A program made the position numbers and the translations under genes. Source: Octopus sinensis (lineage: Eukaryota). Taken from it: a stretch of DNA of 64,000 nt. The stretch's first letter is position 1, and every line of letters begins with the position of its first letter. Location: positions 55,180,001 to 55,244,000 of the forward strand of contig NC_043003.1 of the NCBI RefSeq assembly GCF_006345805.1, written 5' to 3'. This document shows, piece by piece, positions 26,328-38,686 of the stretch. The notes under the pieces were generated by a model. It ran no database searches. It saw nothing but the letters and a program-made list of their open reading frames with translations, and was not told the DNA's origin.

Positions 26328-28031
26328 ACACATGCACACACACACATGCACACACATATATCAAGAATGGTTTGAGTGAATAGGGATACACAAAGATGTG
26401 GCTGTGTGAGTTAATAGCAAGTTTTATAGAGAAAATATAACATGCTAGTAAATTGTTTGTGGTGTGGTTTTTATCAATTTTCTCGATTTGTTTGTTGGCT
26501 ATATAAGGTATGCATTATTTATTGTTGCATTTGTTTTTATTCTTGATGGTGGTGGTGTTGCTGGTGACCATGATGGTCGAGACATTGGTCATTTTGAAAT
26601 GTTGGTGTTGTTCTTTTAACCCTTATTTCACATAGGTTTGCTAAATGATGAGAGGCTTTCAGTTCTGAATTATTCATAGTTTTCAGAAACTGTGCATCTA
26701 AGACTACGTCATTCATTGCGCCCTTCCTATATTTTTGGGGGATGGATGCAGCCTAAGATATTTTCTTTTCTTAAAGTTTGCTGTTTGAGATATTGATTTA
26801 ATGGTATTTTTGTTGTATTTATGAGTCATTGATCAGCTCTGTGCTACCAGTTCTTGTGCCAATGCGACACCCTGCCCTAATACTGGGATTACATATCTAA
26901 TAGTATGTTATGCAACGTTGTGGTTTAATTATAAATTTGTTTCCATATCGTATTGAATATTGCTCAATATCGTCAACATCAGAAATTATGGGATAGGAAA
27001 TGCAGAACGATTATAAATATCAGAATTCGAAAAAGCATTGCGGGTTATTTATCATTAATTTACTCCAAGAGAAACCCGAATGATTTTTGAGAGCACCTTT
27101 AGAGAAGGTAAGATATATCTCCTTGTTCGATACCCTGTAATATTGAGATTCCCATATAGCTATCTCGTTAAAATTTTTCACCTCGGAATTGAGATTAATT
27201 AAAATTTAATTATAATGTTGTACAGTATGTGGATCCAATCCGGACGTGAATTTTGATGGCGTAGCACCGACATAACAGAATAATTTATCAGCTGGGCGGC
27301 CGGACGTTTTGTACACTTTATTTTCCAGCTTACTGAAATGGCAATTAAATCGATTTCTACAGTTACACATGCTATCAGATTTGCCAGGCAGCAAAGAATT
27401 ATTAGTTGTATTGAAACTAAAGTTACTGGTATGAAGAAAAAAAAAGACAAAAAAACCCCAGATGAAATAGGAGGATAATTGACTCACGCATATAGAGTAG
27501 GATGGAACCAACACATCAAAATGATTTACTTGAGAGGCACCAGTCATGGGTTACCCCTTAAGAATATTTCATAAAAAAATATAAATACGTCACCTTCTCA
27601 GTGTTTCCTGGCTATTTGGATGGAATATTCTATTATTTTTATATGAGATTTGATATGTATATTCATACATCCATTGGGTGAATTTAATGCAAACTTAAGA
27701 ATTTTCAAAATATTCACCATACATAACATAACGCTTTTTTTGGAATTCGTGGAATGAAAAGGGCAATTATTTGCATACTTGTCATGTTGCTTACGATCGA
27801 AATCTTCAGTATTATAAATATTGTATATATATCAAACGCTTTATGAACAATGCCAAGACAGGTACATCATATTAATCTTTTCGTTTTAATTTTACACTAG
27901 GTCGCTTAGCATAATAATGTGGCTACATAGACCGGCATATATATAAATATATATACATATATATATATTGATAAAACGGTAAGATAGCAAAAGAAAGAAA
28001 GAGACCTCAATATTATGTAAATAGAGGAATT

Positions 28032-28615
28032 TATCTATACAATATGTTACATTACTCGGTAGTCAAGATAAAACTCTGAGTTTCAGATGCCGAAGTGGAA
28101 TCCACAACACCATCTCTTCGGTTATCTGGCTATTGAAAACGTTATGAAAAAATACCGTTAAAAATGAAGGGAAATTACTCTGTTATAACTCTGCTTGCCT
28201 GCGTACTTATACATCGCTCGCATTTTTCGTCATAAAAATTATATAAAAATACATAAAAATATATAAAAATATATAAAAATATAAAAATATATAAAAATAT
28301 ATAAAAATATATAAAAATATATAAAAATATATAAAAATATAAAAAAGATATAAAAAGATTTTATATATTTTTATATATTTTTATATATTTTTATGTATTT
28401 TTATATAATTTTTATGACGAAAAATGCGAGCGATGTATAAGTACGCAGGCAAAGCAGAGTTATAACAGAGTAATTTCCTTCATTTTTAACGGTATTTTTT
28501 CATAACGTTTTCAATAGCCAGATAACCGAAGAGATGGTGTTGTGGATTTCCACTTCGGCATCTAAACTCAGAGTTTTATCTTGACTACCGAGTAATGTAA
28601 CATATTGTATAGATA
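28032..28615. repeat. Fold-back palindrome (arms about 260 bp) of a Penelope-like terminal repeat around an (ATATATAAAA)n minisatellite
   Basis: 28032-28290 is the reverse complement of about 28360-28615, differing by indels. The arms contain a hammerhead-like fold. Confidence 0.85.
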
Positions 28616-28680
28616 CATATATATATATATATATATATATATCTAATATATATCTATATATATATATATATATATATATA

Positions 28681-29562
28681 GGTCTGATCAATAAGTAGCA
28701 GACTGTTGCCGTAGTAAGGAAGCTAAAGTACGCAGAGAGAAACCGCTTAGCAAAGATTGACCTCGGTTTTGCTGTGCATGTACAATAAGTTTTAATGTTC
28801 TAGGTTATTTCGGCTGTTTACAGCAGTGCTTGGAAGTATCGTGTGTAGGGGTAATCGTAGCATTGGCCATCACAGGGAAAGCTGTCATGTCGATATCTGC
28901 TGTAAGGCGTACATAATTTGCAGAAACTGTATGAAGAGGAGCCACACACAAGTGTATAAGTGATTCAGACGTTTCCAAATGGCCGAAAATGTCGATATTG
29001 ACGAACGTTCTGAGAGACACACGAACAGCGGGATTGAGAAAAACATCGCAGATGTGCGTGCTGCTGTGACGGGAAGTCGTCGAATCACCATCCGTGAGTT
29101 ATTCGATGTGCAGATTAGTTACGGTTCAGTACAGTCAATTATCAATAAAGATTTAGGTATGAGATAAATAAAGATTTAGGTATGAGATACGTGTCTGCCA
29201 AGTTTGTGCGAAAACTGCTTTCAGCTGACCAAAAAAGACGCTCGGGTTTCAGTTGCGCATGATTTCTTTGATTATGTCGAGAACGGCGAAAAGTTTTTGA
29301 AACCTTTGCATAAGCCTTTGAGCAATTATCACAAAGCTTTTGCCAAAATTTGATGCAAATTCTCTGCTTAACTTTCTGTCATCGTCAATGCGATGATCAC
29401 ACACCACAGACCTTCCTTCTAAGCACTGCTGTAAACAGTGGAAGTAAGCTAGAACCTTAAAATTTAGTGCACATGCACAGCAGTGGTAAATGTAAATCTG
29501 TACCAAGCGGCTTTAGTTTCACTTCTATAGCATCAGTCCGGATAATTATTGATCAGAATACG
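28681..29562 (+). mobile_element. Internally deleted mariner (DD34D-type) element with about 165-bp TIRs
   Basis: Ends GGTCTGATCAATAAGTAGCAGACTG / CAGTCCGGATAATTATTGATCAGA, TA-flanked. N-terminal transposase reads DIDERSERH..SRRITIREL..ISYGSVQSIINKDLGMRYVSAKFVRKLLSADQK. The catalytic domain is missing. Confidence 0.9.
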
Positions 29563-30049
29563 TATTAAAATCAAAAAGGGAGGACGGAATGTACCAACAA
29601 AAAATTTATATTTCCATAACAATTTTTCCATTTTCAAGATGCACTGCTTTGTGGGTATGGAATGATGCAATAAAAACCAGATGCAATATATAGTGCATAG
29701 AAGACTCCTCAGGTAGGATGATAATGTTTTAAGCTGGGAGATTTGCATTTGAATTTTGCTGTATTGAGAGAATTTAATAGTTAGACGCACAGATGAACTG
29801 AAGCGTACAGTCTTATGTTTAAATCAATGCAAAGACAAAGACGCACAAATTATCTCTCAGGGCACAAAGTTTCACCCACCCAGATGCACAAAGAAATCAC
29901 AGCAAAACTGCCACCATGGAGCACACGGACGCATGTACACCCACAGATACAATTATATACACTCACGTTCATGCACAGATATACACATGAACACATCAGT
30001 ACACACCAGACACTTCCACTCAGCACATATATACATACACAGGCATATA

Positions 30050-30140
30050 GCAACAGGTCGACTCTGTACGACACCTGTCATGGCGATACCTGCATAGCCA
30101 CAGTAAAATAACTGAAACAAGTAAAAGAAAGTAAAAGAGT
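30050..30140 (+). mobile_element. SINE family A 3' tail fragment
   Basis: GCATAGCCACAGTAAAATAACTGAAACAAGTAAAAGAAAGTAAAAGA. Confidence 0.6.
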
Positions 30141-30509
30141 AAGATATGTAAAAATATAAAAACACCATATTTGCCCAGTGCTTCCTTCTGGCAGATACCC
30201 AGATGTGCGTTTCTGGAGGGTTAGCCTCCTTATTCCGAAATATCTCAGAGACATAAACATCTGGGAGGATTTAAAGCCGTAGATTTTTCTAAAATTAGTC
30301 ACCCTCAGCGTCTCAGCTTCGCTAGAAACCGTCGGGGCGAAATCAATCCAACAAACACAGCGCAAAGATATGATGAAGAATAAACTTATATTGCTTAGAT
30401 ATTCTTAATTATACAAAGAAATTCACTAGAGTTAATATGGGAAAAAAATTCTCTTGTTCATGAACATATGAACAGGCGCGCGGGCACACACACACACACA
30501 CACACACAC

Positions 30510-30555
<46 letters not shown>

Positions 30556-30811
30556 TATATAGAGAGAAAGAGAGACAGAGAGACGGTATGAAACAGAGAT
30601 TGGGTGATATAGATATACATATATATACACAAACAGAAACACGCCCACACACATTCCACACACACGCCTCACACATATATATATATAAAGGGAGAGAGAA
30701 AGAGAGACAGACAGACAGACAGTGTGAGAAAGAGATAGGTAAATATAGATACACGTCTACATATACACACACAAGCACACTCGTGCGCAAATGTAAATAC
30801 ACACACACGCA

Positions 30812-30864
<53 letters not shown>

Positions 30865-31092
30865 GTGTAGAGAGAGACAGAGAGACAGAGACAGACAGAC
30901 AAACAGAGAGACAATGTGAGACAGAAATAGACAGATATAGATACACATATAGTACACACACACACACACAAAGAGACACGAGCGCAAAAACACACACATG
31001 TACATATACACATACACACACGTTCACATTTGTTTACCACCTTCTCACCATGGTTGTTCCGTGAACAGTGATAGACTCTTCAAAGAAGAATA

Positions 31093-31310
31093 CTGTAATC
31101 CCTCGCCATATTGCGGTTCACCTATCGCGGTTCGCCTATTACGGTTTATTATTTAAGCGGTGCTGTTTAGCATATATAATAAAATAAGTATATACAAATT
31201 ATAAAAATAATTTTAAAATATAAACAGAACAGTACTGTTTCTACTTCACGGATTTTCACATATTGCGGTGTGTTTTGCAGTGTACTCCCGCGAGAGTCGA
31301 GGGATTACTG
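31093..31310. mobile_element. Tigger/pogo-type MITE
   Basis: TA-flanked TIRs CTGTAATCCCTCGCCATATTGCGG / CCGCGAGAGTCGAGGGATTACTG with an AT-rich core. Confidence 0.8.
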
Positions 31311-31421
31311 TAGGTTCTACCTTGCAAAAATGAGTACACTACATTTGTGCTTGATTTCTCTCCAATCATTCGAAGACGAAGCACACACACATGGTGCAGG
31401 CACACGTTCAAAGATGTACAG

Positions 31422-31454
<33 letters not shown>

Positions 31455-31457
<3 letters not shown>

Positions 31458-32795
31458 TAGCATTAAAGACCCGTCGTTGCTGGGCCATAGTGCTAGTGCA
31501 TGTATATATGTGTATATATATGTGTACATATTACATGTACATCTATATATATACAGGAAGCATAATTAAATCTCAGAATGAGATTGAAACAGTAATCGCT
31601 CGATAATGTAAAGTATAGAAGCCATCTTATCATGGCTAACCACATTGAGGAGGGGGTGTTACTGTAGCTTTATAGCCCCAAGAGATCTTCGTCTCTAGCT
31701 GGCTCTAGACACAATATCTGTGTCCTTGGAGTATTTGCAAAGGGAGGCCATCCCTTCCTCGGAAGCCTGAGTGATACGCTCGAACTAGTTTCGGGATTGT
31801 TGTCCCTCGTCAAGGGGCGGTAACCACCAGGTAGCGATGCAAGTGAAGGCTCCTTTGCAAATAGATATAAGTTTTTCTAATGGCGTTTTTCTAAGACGCC
31901 ATTAGAAAAACTTATATCTATTTGCAAAGGAGCCTTCACTTGCATCGCTACCTGGTGGTTACCGCCCCTTGACGAGGACAACAATCCCGAAACTAGTTCG
32001 AGCGTATCACTCAGGCTTCCGAGGAAGGGATGGCCTCCCTTTGCAAATACTCCAAGGACACAGATATTGTGTCTAGAGCCAGCTAGAGACGAAGATCTCT
32101 TGGGGCTATAAAGCTACATTAACACCCCCTCCCCAATGTGGTTAGCCATGATAAGATGGCTTCTATACTTTACATTATATATATACATCTACGCATAAAA
32201 TGCAAAATACAGTTATATCTTGATATCGCTACTGATAACAATACTCAAAATATATAACAGACTGGAATTGTTAGCTCTTCTTTTTTCTTTACATTGTATA
32301 CTTTATAGACAATAGTCTTTTGTTTAATTTAATTTTTTATTATGCATCTGGACTATTCCATTTCTGCACGCTAATTATATTTTTAATTTATTCCCATTCA
32401 TGTGAAACCACTTATTCAAGTTTAAATCATTGATGCAATTTTATACCAATTGCTATTTTTACTTTTGTATGTTACGATTATATTATACTTTAGTTTTAAT
32501 TATTACTTACTACATATAATTCAATTGTTATTATTATTTTTATTGTTAAAGTGAAAGCATCTGACATAAAATAGAGAAATATTTTTGTTTCACTTTTAAC
32601 CCGTAATACTGAAATAGCGGAAGAGATATGATATTGCTTTGGGCCTGCTCTAGGCAAGAAGTTGAACATTGTTTTTGCCCATGGACCCTAAGTAAGGCAT
32701 GTGTAAAATTTGAATGAAATTGGTTGTGTAGTTCTCAAGTTTTAGGGAAAAACACAGACAGACAGACACACATTCTCAGTTTTATATATAGAAAG

Positions 32796-32797
<2 letters not shown>
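31455..32797 (+). mobile_element. Non-autonomous Helitron/Helentron-like (HINE/DINE-1-like) element carrying an internal palindrome
   Basis: 5' end TACTAGCA..GACCCG..TGGGC..TGCTAGT forms a stem-loop. 3' end is AAATTTGAATGAAATTGGTTG..(ACAG)n..TTTTATATATAGAAAGAT. Inserted in (TA)n. Confidence 0.6.
31603..32178. repeat. Near-perfect fold-back palindrome, arms about 283 bp, 9-nt loop
   Basis: 31603-31886 is the reverse complement of 31896-32178; 2 substitutions and 1 indel seen. Confidence 0.95.
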
Positions 32798-32826
<29 letters not shown>

Positions 32827-32836
32827 TACATACATA

Positions 32837-33157
32837 GAAGCACTCCGTATGTTACGAAGGTGAGGAACCTAGCTGATACAATTCAACGGAACAGCTTGCT
32901 GGTGAAATTAACGTGCAAGTCGCTGAGGACACCGCAGGCACGTGTACCCTTTACGTACACGTTAAGGAGACTTAACGTGACACAGAGTGTGACAAGGCCG
33001 ACCCTTTGAAATACAGGTACAACTCATTTTTGCCAGCTCAGTGTACTAAAGCAACATGAAATAGAGTGTCTTGCGCAACAATGACACAACGCGTCGCCGT
33101 GAATTGAACTCACGACCGTAAGCCGAATGCCCTAACCACTAAACCACGAGCCTTCAC
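32837..33157 (-). mobile_element. tRNA-derived SINE (family D), near full length
   Basis: Reverse complement reads GTGAAGGCTCGTGGTTTAGTGGTTAGGGCATTCGGC..GAGTTCAATTC..GCAAGACACTCTATTTCA..AAAATGAGTTGTACCTGTATTTCAAAGGG. Confidence 0.85.
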
Positions 33158-33189
33158 ACATACACACACATACATAAGTGTATGTATAT

Positions 33190-33223
<34 letters not shown>

Positions 33224-33329
33224 CAGGTATCATCTCTGTCTCTACATGTGTTACTAACAGGTGAAGAGGAGAAGGAGGTAGCAGAAGAGGAGAATGACGA
33301 TGAGATGGAGGAGGAAGGGGGAAGGGTGG

Positions 33330-33580
33330 GATGAAGTGGAAGAGGAGAAGGGGAGAAGGAGGAGGAGACGACGACGACGATGATGATGACGATAAAGAAT
33401 ATGGTGTCGAAGAAGAAGAAGAAGAAGAAGAAGAAGAAAAAGAAGAAAAAAAGAAGAAGAAGAAGAAGAAGAAGAAGAAGAAGAAGAAGAAGAAGAAAAA
33501 GAAGAAGAAGAAGAAGGAAAGAAAAAGGAAGAAAGAAAGAAAGTAAGTAAGAAAGAAAGAAAGAAAGAAAGAAAGTGTGT
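33330..33580. repeat. Compound purine-rich microsatellite (GGA/GAC/GAT/GAA/GAAA)
   Basis: Directly visible. Confidence 0.95.
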
Positions 33581-34084
33581 GGAGATGTTGCAGAGAGAAT
33601 AATTTTAACATCATGGTGGACAACATCAACATGGCAGGATCAACTAGGACAACTGCAACAATAACAAGAGCAACAGCAACAACAACAACACCAACAAGAT
33701 AAAGAATTAAAATAGACGTAAAAGTAGAAAACGGAGAAAAAGTACAACTGTAGGCTCAGCAGCAATGGCTGTTGTAACAGCAGGTAATTGATAAGCGCTT
33801 TTCTTAATTGCGAAACAATTTATCGTCTTCAATGACAGGAAAGAATTAGAGAATGGCATTTGCTAAAATCGATAATCCATATGGCAACTCCTTAACTGGA
33901 AGCCCAGCAGTTACAGAAAATTTACCTCCAACGTACGAGCAATTGACGGTATTAGCACCGGATTTTGGGAGGCTTCCAAAATTGTTAGAGGTTACAATTT
34001 CATACTCACCTGACGTACATTTACTCCAACATTGATTTCTTTTCACCAATACATATGCAAACACATACATATAGAGTGGAGGAA

Positions 34085-34593
34085 AGATAGATAGATAGAT
34101 AGATAGGTAGTTAGGCAGGTATGTAGGTAGGTAGGTAGGTAGATCCTCTTCCTCCTCCTTTTCCACTTCTTCTTCCTCCTTCTCCTCCTTCTCTTCGTCT
34201 TCCTCCTTTTCCTCTTCCCCTTCGTCTCCCTCTTCCTTTTCCGCCTCCCCTTCGTCTTCCTCCTCCATCTCCTTTTTCCTCCTCCCCTTCGTCTTCCTCC
34301 ACCTTCTCCTTTTCCTCTTCCCCTTCGTCTCCCTCTTCCTTTTCCTTCTCCCCTTCGTCTTGCTCCTCCTTCTCCTTTTTCCCCTCCACTTCGCCTTCTT
34401 CCTCCTTCTCCTTTTCCTCCCCCACTTCGTCTTCCTCCTCCCCCTCTTCACCTCCTCACCATCATCATCATCATTATCATCATCATCATCATCATCATCA
34501 TCATCGTCGTCGTCGTCGTCGTTGTCGTCAGTATCCCCATCATCATTTTCGTCATCGTCATCATCATCATCATCATCATCATTAACACCATCA
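34085..34593. repeat. (GATA)/(GGTA) tracts, pyrimidine-rich degenerate minisatellite and (CAT)n running into the gap
   Basis: Directly visible; source of the spurious K/R/E-rich ORFs. Confidence 0.95.
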
Positions 34594-34693
34594 NNNNNNN
34601 NNNNNNNNNNNNNNNNNNNNNNNNNNNNNNNNNNNNNNNNNNNNNNNNNNNNNNNNNNNNNNNNNNNNNNNNNNNNNNNNNNNNNNNNNNNNN
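34594..34693. other. Scaffold gap (100 N)
   Basis: Run of exactly 100 N. Confidence 0.99.
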
Positions 34694-36830
34694 AACGACC
34701 CTGTTGGATGGCAAAAACTTGCGTGTCCAGGTGCCGAGTTGCAAGCCCTCCGACTTTTCCGGGTTAAGTTTTGCTCCCGTGAACTTTCATATTCCTCAAA
34801 TGTGTACCGACCACCTCCATTTCTGTACTGTCCGACGCCATCACGGTGATGTCATCCATATACGCTGACACAACCCTTCTACGTCATGGTTTGAGCGGGG
34901 CAGAAGCTCCATCTTCCGCAGTAAACGCTCAAGAGCCAATACGTACAGAAAAGAGGAGAGAAGCCACCCATGACGGACCGATCGAGAGATCTGAAATGGT
35001 TCCGAGAGGTGGCTATTAACTTTGGCCACCGAGCAGATGCCGCTGTGCATTGCAGCGATCCAACCTCTGAAGACGGGACCGAAACCGTTGCTTTGAGGAC
35101 AGCCGCTAGATATTGATGTCCGACCTTATCTAATGCTTTCGGTTGATCTAAATTGATTAGCGCCCCACTGAAGCCATGTTTACACCCTACTCATGATGTA
35201 TCACGTGAGGTTATCGTTATGTACCTAGTGGAGATTGCGCAGTAAGTCCCCAACCAAGTCCTCGACGACAACCCCCAACCTCTTCGCTAATTCCTTAGCT
35301 AAAATCTAAAATTCCGTGTTAAGCAGAGTTTTGGGTCTGAAATTATCTAATTTGTCCCCCTTGTTTTCGTCTTTCCTTATCAGCTTACACAACAGGGAAT
35401 ACTCCCGTTCTGTTGCCAGATGCAGCAGAGCGCTTCGAGGTGATCGGATAACTAGTCAGGCATATTTATGTAAAACTCATAGGGTAGACCATCTAAACCA
35501 GGTGACTTGCGCCTTGTGCAGCCGAAAAGTGCAACCTGAATTTCGGCTGAAGTTATCTGCCTTTCACAGAGCCCAGCGTCGACCGTCGAAGAACGCGGCA
35601 AGCCGTAGAGATACAGCTTGAAGTCCACCACCATCCACCCCTTCTCTCCGAACACAACCGAACATAGTGCTGGCGAAAGGCCACACACATCTGCCTGGAA
35701 TCACTCAGCTCGTATCGGTCTCGGTTTGTCAAAGACCGAACTGTGATTTTGTCACCAAGCTGCGCCCCAGCCATGCGGGCGCATCGAACAGCTTTGATAC
35801 CCTCGTTTCTTAGAGCACACGATTTAGTTCTAACAATGCAGCCTTCATGTTTCGCATTGAACAACTGGTATAATTCCATCCTCGCTGCTAGCACGTCGGT
35901 TGCAATGCTACTACACATAGCCTTATCTGGTTTAGCTACTAACCCTCCCTCCTTTCTATTTTTTTAACACTATTTCTTTGCCAAACCCTATCGATATTTC
36001 TGTAATCTCTCTTTTGAGAGCCCTCCACCACCTGTTGTGACGACCTCTACCCCGTAAACTTCTCCTTAACTATATTGTTGACTCGGTTCCTGTAATCCTT
36101 ACGTGCTGGAAATGACATGCTCAGCTTCTAGTACCCGGGTCCTACGCATCATATCTAGGATGACCGTACAGACTACAAACTTAAGGTCTGAATAGTGACC
36201 TATTTAGAAAGTGGACATCCTACACTGTTACTGTCTATTATCCCAGGGAAAATCCTATCTATATACGATCTAGATGACCCTAAGCGGTTGGTCCAGATTC
36301 GCACTGGCGCATTAGGGAAATGTCATTGGTACCCGTCAGACTGTTGGAACTGGCTGATCAGGTGCTTCAGGCTTTTGCACCCGTCTCTTCTATCACATAC
36401 TCCCACACAGTCTCAGCGTTAGTCTAGGATTCCGTCCAGCCCCCTACTAACAGTAAAGTGCGAGACTTACCTAGAAAGGCTTCCGGACGTCTAAAGAAAT
36501 CCAGCCGTTTGACTCCGTTTGATAGGGTCGTAGATGACCACCAGTCTAAAGACACTGCTTTCACTATTGCTCACTAACCAGGGTCACTAACTTCCCGTCC
36601 GGGTCCCGGAAGATCGACTTTACCTGGAGATACAGTTCTTTCCTAAACAGTGCTGCCACTCCACCTCCCATTCTCAGCAGACTAACAAATACAAAGATAT
36701 TATAGTCGTCGAAAATGGAGGCCAGTGCGCTTGTATTAGAAATCCTGGTCTCACTGAGAGCAATTATATCCAATTCTAGAGAAGTGAGATCGTTGTGCAG
36801 GTGACTCCAGGCCTCGAACATCTAAAACTC
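34694..36830 (-). mobile_element. Decayed L1/Tx1-clade LINE ORF2 (APE endonuclease plus RT), cut by the gap
   Basis: APE: LDIIALSETR..GGGVAALFRK..DPDGKLV..LLLVGGW. Tether: EGCIVRTK. RT: KSPGLDGLPYEFY, FQISRSVRHGWLLSSFLYVLALE, VSAYMDDITV. Many stops and frameshifts. 36830-37230 may be the end of ORF1. Confidence 0.9.
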
Positions 36831-37456
36831 ATACTCTTAATATGGCCATGTTTTGTGAAGGTCGGATGGTTCGACCTTCGACCTCCATAATAGGTGGGGA
36901 TTGTTTTGGGAACCTCTTTAAAAGCATCTATGTAGGTCTGACGTTCTGGGTTCCCATATCCTCCGGAAAGCTCTCTCGAATTTTTGCGTAGGAATCGAGC
37001 GACATTAGTACCAGAGGTAAATCTTCTGGTTCGCGAAATGTGCGATATTATCCGGCGTCATCCTCGTAGGGTGTCGACCGTTACATTGTAGAATTCTTGT
37101 ATGGATGAGTGCGTAACGCAGCTGCTCACATTCATTATTCGCTCTGTTTCCAGCTTTAAATTCCAAACATGCAGTTCGGATTGTGTTTCTTGGACCAATA
37201 GAAGAGATGTAACTCCACACATCGGTCAGCGATAATGCTATTTATTCATTTACTTATTTATTTAAGAGGTCTTCAATAATTTTATCCCGCTTTTTAGTGA
37301 TACTGAAATAGATTTCCCTCCTCTCGGCCGTAAATTAAATATGTTAAATGTATTACTTTTCTTTCAATTCGCTATTGTTAGAAAAAAAAGTTGTGCTTTT
37401 GTGTTTACGTGGCGGTAAATCACATGTGTTCATTCGTTAAGCATAATAACTTTATC

Positions 37457-37528
<72 letters not shown>

Positions 37529-37868
37529 CAGCAGCAGCAGTCGCTATTGTGTTAAACTATCCCGTTAGAATAGTGTTATTGTAGTGCAGGTGGTTATGTT
37601 TGTCTTGGTGTTGACAGAAGTAAGCTAGCTGCACACTGCACGTGCCAATTCTGCATTAGACTCTTTGTCGTCAATGACATCAGTTGCACTTCCTATTTGC
37701 AGTTGGTTGTATTATGGAATATATTGTTATTGATGATCTTCATCCTTTTTTTTTTATTGTTACTGTTATTTAGCCCCAGGCCGACTGCGATCGAGTAAAA
37801 TTCGTTCCAAACATGAATATCCTGATTTTGCTTTCCCTGTATGAAGGGAACACAGTATCATATTATTA

Positions 37869-37903
<35 letters not shown>

Positions 37904-38649
37904 TGAGCCATTTTCTAAGTTGATACGAGTTTGAGATTTGAACAAAATTTAATTGCTATTTCTAGCTGGTTCAGTGATCATGTCACAACCCTCACATTGC
38001 CTGGAATAATTAAATTTCTGTGTATGATAGTGTTGCTATAATTTTTTTTTTATATCGCTATTGCTGCAGTTGTTGTTGCTGTCAGTACTGCTTTTGTCAA
38101 TGCTCATTATAGTAGGCAATGATTAGCGAAAGTATTAAACTAAGAACTGTTCATTGCCTTTCTGCTGCTTCGGTAATTGATATTGTTCTCATCCTTACAA
38201 TTTTTTCTCGTTTCTTGCTGGAGCTGCTATTGTTCTTCTTGCTGGTGGAATTGGTCGTTAATTGCAGGTGACTCGAAGTGTAAGTCTTATTAAAGATCTC
38301 CCTTTCTTCGCTGCATGCGTTTTAACCGGGTTCACAATACAAGAGAATTGGGCAATATTCCTAATGCAATACTTGTCTCTGTAATTCTGTTAGTGCCGCG
38401 GCCATCATCACAGTTAAAGTGCATTATAATCAATCTAACATGTTTAGCGGCAATTTAAATTCTTGGATCCAAAGTCATTGTTTAATTTACAGTAAGTGAT
38501 GCTGTTGCTAGGGCGTTGCAAACAACGCAGAACGAGCACACAAGTATGTATGCATATATGTATATGTATATATGTGTGTGTGCTTGTACGTGCACAATAT
38601 ACATGCGCACGTAAATACTCACGTATACCTCCACACACATACATATGTA

Positions 38650-38686
<37 letters not shown>

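Noticed and set aside
28235-28400. CRISPR-like or telomeric array
   Set aside because: Pure 10-mer AT minisatellite without spacers; not a TTAGGG-type repeat.
35062-35100. CTGAAGA..CCGAAACCG hammerhead-like string
   Set aside because: Stem II would have a 2-nt loop, and the string is simply the antisense of LINE RT codons (GFGPVFRGW).
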